The notes under the pieces: model-generated
The model's input: only the letters and a program-made list of their open reading frames with translations
What the model was told of the DNA's origin: nothing
Databases searched by the model: none
Position numbers and translations under genes: made by a program
Shown here: positions 60,001-64,000 of the stretch, piece after piece
Layout: the number at the start of each line of letters is the position of its first letter
Numbering within the stretch: the first letter of the stretch is position 1
Source: Bilabrum cf. latius
Taxonomy: Eukaryota
DNA: 64,000 bases
Reading direction: 5' to 3'
NCBI GenBank assembly: GCA_965178125.1
Contig: OZ237758.1
Coordinates: forward strand, 248,001-312,000

Positions 60001-63000
60001 AGGCATCGGAGAGTAGATTCGTTCACGTACAGCGTTCGCACTCCGCATCTGTCTATCTCTCTTGACAGTGCCGACGCGGCTCGCAGCATGGCAGTCCTGC
60101 GACGTCCGCGCCGGGCGCGCGCACATCGCTGCACCGCCACAACGGCTCTTCGGTCCGTGACGCGCTGAGCAGCGTTTGGCCGCAGCCGCGTCCGCGACAG
60201 ATGCGACCTGAATGCCTTCTGAATCAGCACAGCAGCAACGGCCCTGGCGGCTTGCTGGGTGGACAGCACGGGTGGGCGGGGTAGCGTGGGCCCGATCGAT
60301 AGCAGGCCGGCGGCAGCTGCCGGGTCCCTGCTCGCTGCCCTGACGATCGTGGCGTCACTGGTAGGAAGTAGCCCGCTATCTGATAGTACCAGCTTGTCGG
60401 GCGCCTGGCACACCTCGAGGAAAAGAGGCAGGCGCAGCATGAATGTTGCAAGGCATCTGGCAGAGTCAAACCGCAGGCTCCAAAGGCGAGAAGAGCCTGA
60501 GAGAACGGCAAGGCGAGAGCCGCAAAGGGGCTCCTTGGAGGTGACATCTGCCTCCTCCATATCGAACGTTCGGTAAAGGTTCCTCAGAGCGCGCGCACCC
60601 GAGGCCGAGGCCGGGTTAGGCAGGCCCTCAACCTGCTTGCTGGAGGGCGGGGCCCCCAGGTAGCCCACCAACACTGTCTCGGCAGGATCTGCCTCTTCGT
60701 CTTGCGTGCCTGCCTCTTCGCTGGCTTTCGATGCTTTGGGCAGTCCAGCCACGCGATACTACAGCGCTTCTGGCCGAATGTACCCAATGTGGGTCTGCAA
60801 ACCTTCGATGTGGTGTGAGGCCTGCAGCTTCCCACCCCTCTGACCCACAAGCAGCGGCATGGTCTGCAGCGCCGACTCCCGACCGTGAATGCTGTTGCGT
60901 CGCGCGGCCGATGCGATTCCCGCCACGGAGCTCCTTCCGTCCCTGGCTAGCATTCGATCTTGCTCTAGGATCCGCTCCCAGTGCTTCTGCTCGTCCTCGT
61001 CAATAGACAGGTGCGTGTCCGATGCCACCCACGCGAGTGCGGCAGCAGCGCCAATGGCTCCGGAGTATATCTGTGCGTGCGATCGCGTGGGATGTCCGCA
61101 TCGCTTCTTGAGGTGCTCTGTGCGCCGCCTGAGGGCAGCAGTAGCCCCATACCACTGGTTTGCAGGTCGTATGCCGGGAAGTGCGCCACCAGGCGTCCAG
61201 GAGATGCCTGCAGCAGCGGCCGCGGCATGAAGGTGTGAGGGCCGCGAGCCTTTGTGGACGTGTATCCGGTGCAAGATGAGCCTATGCCTGTCCTGCGTGC
61301 GCATAGGCTTGGTAATGTGCATTGCCTCTCGAATGGCGCACCTCGTGATTTCCCAGGCTAGATCTGACTGCATCGAATGCTTCACCATGCGACTGACGTT
61401 TGGATGGTATGCGACCCAGTCGGCTGCGCGCAGACCCGCCGGCACGCTACCTCCCCTGGAACCTACATTGGTCTATGTCAGGCGCATGTCTCGCAGCAGC
61501 GATCGCATCCGCACCGCAGACAGCTGCCTCTCAAGCTGAAGCGCTCCGCCAGTGGGCGCCCTGTGGCCCTGGCATCCCGTTTGGTGCGCCACCCGAGACA
61601 CCTCGGGACACGCCCCGCCGAATGGGTCAGCCTCTTGCCAGCGGCCACGTTTCTTCTTTCTCCTCTTTCTCCGCTTCGATTTAGACTTGCCCGTGGAAGG
61701 AACAGCAAACGCCGCGAACCCAGTGCGCTTCGAAGCCGCCTTGCGAGTCACGCTGGCCCGTCGCCTCTCGAGCTCTTCCTGCTTGAAGTCCCTGCCCTCG
61801 TCCGATGGGCCCTCCTCTGTGTCGAACTCGGCGCGCTGGATCCTAGTGGTGTCCCACCCTCGGATCGTAACGCACGTCGGCGCAAGTCTCACGGGAAGCA
61901 CGCTCGCCTCGTGGACCCGCTCGGCCTCATCGCGCACAGACCCGCTCTGTCGCATCAGCTCGTGAGCCACTGCCTTCCAGCCCTTCCCCGCCAGCTTCGT
62001 GCGGCTTGCGTCATCCGTGGTATCTCTCGCTGCCTTGTCTGGCTGCTTTGGGGAGGTAGCAGAAGCAGCTGCCGTCAGAAATGCACCCTCTCCCTGCCCC
62101 TGCCCTTGCTATCGACCAAGCTGCGGAGTGCGCGGCGATGTCTGCAAGGAACGCGGTGATACAGACCCAGGCGATACCATAGCGCCTCGCCTCACTTTCA
62201 CCGGCTGCCTCGGTGCGACCTGGGCTCTGCACGAGCACGCGGCAGCACTGATAGCGGCCGCTACCCACGCGGGATGCCCGGGCAGGAAGCACATGTACCT
62301 CGATTTATGGCTACTACTGGCGGAGCCCGCACCACCCGTTGGCCCACTGGAGCCAGGAGCAGATCCACCTGCTAGCTGCGCCCCCGATTCCACCCCCATC
62401 ACAGAGTATGCCATCCGCTCGACCCCGATGGGCTGTCTCGAAGCCTGCCTCTCGATAGCCGCTTCGAGGATGCTGACCCTCGCAGACCACTGTCGCCAAC
62501 ACCCCTGGATGGTGGCCGCAGCTCCGTGCTTACGACGGTTGCGCGTGCGACGGATCCACATCCGCTGGACCAGGGTGGCTGCCTCGTACTCGCGTCGCTG
62601 GTAGTGCGACAGTGCCAGCATGGCCTCATCTCCGTCGTATACCTGGGAGAGAGAGGACCGGCGGGATCGAGCGCTGGGTCTCGGCTAGATGGACTTCATG
62701 ACGTCCTGCAGCTCTCTCTCTAGCGCCACCGCCTTATCTTCATCATCCGAATCGAGATCTTTGTCGTAGCGCGCGTCAACACCGCCCTCCTCGGTGCGCA
62801 CGTCCTGCATCATTTGGTCCAGCGCCGCCATGGCCTCCTCCGCTTCTTCCGCCGCCTCGCCGCCCCGCTCCATCTTTGCCTCCAAAAAGGACCGCTAGGC
62901 CGCCAGGCGATTCTTCGTTGCGATCATGGACTCCTTGCGCTTGAGCAAGGCGTCCTTGCGCGCGAGCGCCGCCAGCTGCGACTGCGAGATCCCAGCGGCG

Positions 63001-63998
63001 GCCTCCTCGAAGGCGGCGAGAGCGTGGGGGGACGAGGAGCGCCCCGCCCTGGGGCTGGACTCGGACCCGCTGGACAGCAGGCTGCGAGGGGAGGAGCGCC
63101 CATCCCTAGAATCCCCTGCCACGGCTAGGTCGGGCAGCTTGGGCCTCTACGCATCGTGGCCGGTTGGCGACGCGGCTGTGGCCGGGCGGACGCTCTGGAA
63201 CGACTGCTCGTCTCGATCGCTCGTCAATCCTCGCCCCTCCACCGTCTTGGGGCGCCCTGACAAAGCCGAGGATCGTCCACGAGCGGGCGACCTGGTCGCG
63301 TTGTCCCCGGATGGAGTCCCCCCGACCATCCTTGGCGTGGTCGTTCGCTTTGGCTGCAGCTTTGGGGCGCCTCGGAGCAGCCAACCCGAGAGGGAGGCGG
63401 TAGTTTTTCTCCTCCACAGCCACACCTTTGCCACTGCCTGGACTGCTCGCACAACCGCGTCAATGTTGTGCAACCTCGGCTGGCTGCCCCGCCGACCGGT
63501 TCCACCGGCCATCATGGATAGCTTGTGGGACCGATTGAGTCTCGAGCTGCGACCTCCTCTGCTGCCTCGGCTCTTGCCCATGGAGGACGTGGGCGACGAG
63601 GGGGGCTCCGGAATAGAGACGCTGTCTTTCGCAAGCCGCAGCACATCGCTGTCCTGCCCACGCCTCTCTTTCATCGTCGGGGTGGGTGGCGGCGCCGGCG
63701 AGCCGCCGCGGGAGCTGCCGTCTGCACTCAGCCCCGACTCGTGGTACCGTTTCAGCGCTGCCAGGAAGGGGCTGGAAGGGCGGCCGGTCCCGTCGTCGGC
63801 TTCGAGAACGCGACCGCCTGCAGCGTGCACCGCAGCGACCAGAACCCTGACGGCTGACGGTGTGCTGTCGCTCAACCGAGACCCCACCCCGCTGCCTCCG
63901 TGGATGCCCGTGTGCAGCTGAACGGCTGCCTGTCGCAGCCGGCCGTTCACAAAGCGCCGCACCTCTTCGGCTGGCATCGTTGCAATGCGATGCATGCG
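57051..63998 (-). CDS. Very large IQ-motif/coiled-coil protein, probably 5'-partial, ~2315 codons in window; 13 in-frame TAGs; ends at TAA
   Basis: Eleven listed ORF fragments lie in one frame, separated only by TAG. IQ-like motifs 'AATLVQRMWIRR', 'AATIQGCWRQ' and 'AAVLIQKAFRSH'. TAA at 57051-57053. Confidence 0.72.
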
Positions 63999-64000
63999 AT

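Noticed and set aside
3886-63998. Mass pseudogenisation as the cause of the broken ORFs
   Set aside because: Interruptions are almost exclusively TAG, catalytic motifs are intact, and genes expected to be essential such as RPC7 are affected.

Overview
This is a GC-rich, gene-dense, intron-poor eukaryotic (protist-like) nuclear window. The main result is a non-standard genetic code. About 75 in-frame TAG codons (hand count) interrupt 13 of the 16 genes, and the same frame continues after each one. In phospholipase D a TAG occupies the conserved Gln of the 'HFxYxENQFF' motif. Gene models end in TGA (12) or TAA (4), never TAG, and no convincing internal TAA was seen. This points to UAG=Gln with UAA still a stop, a rare decoupling. 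Read this way, the window encodes exportin-T, five secreted glycoside hydrolase or beta-helix enzymes, a PBP2-fold protein, a 9-finger C2H2 protein, a sphingosine/DAG kinase, an RluA pseudouridine synthase, alternative oxidase, Pol III subunit RPC7/C31, phospholipase D, an Sfi1-like protein, a large IQ-motif protein and one hypothetical protein. Non-coding structure includes tRNA-Leu(CAG), whose 3' end and terminator are amplified into a ~6.6 kb satellite, and a second ~5 kb 123/124-bp satellite inside a B-X-A-B-Y-A repeat arrangement. There is also a 2.25 kb element with perfect 25-bp TIRs and a 657-bp TIR insertion in RluA that could splice out as an introner-like intron.
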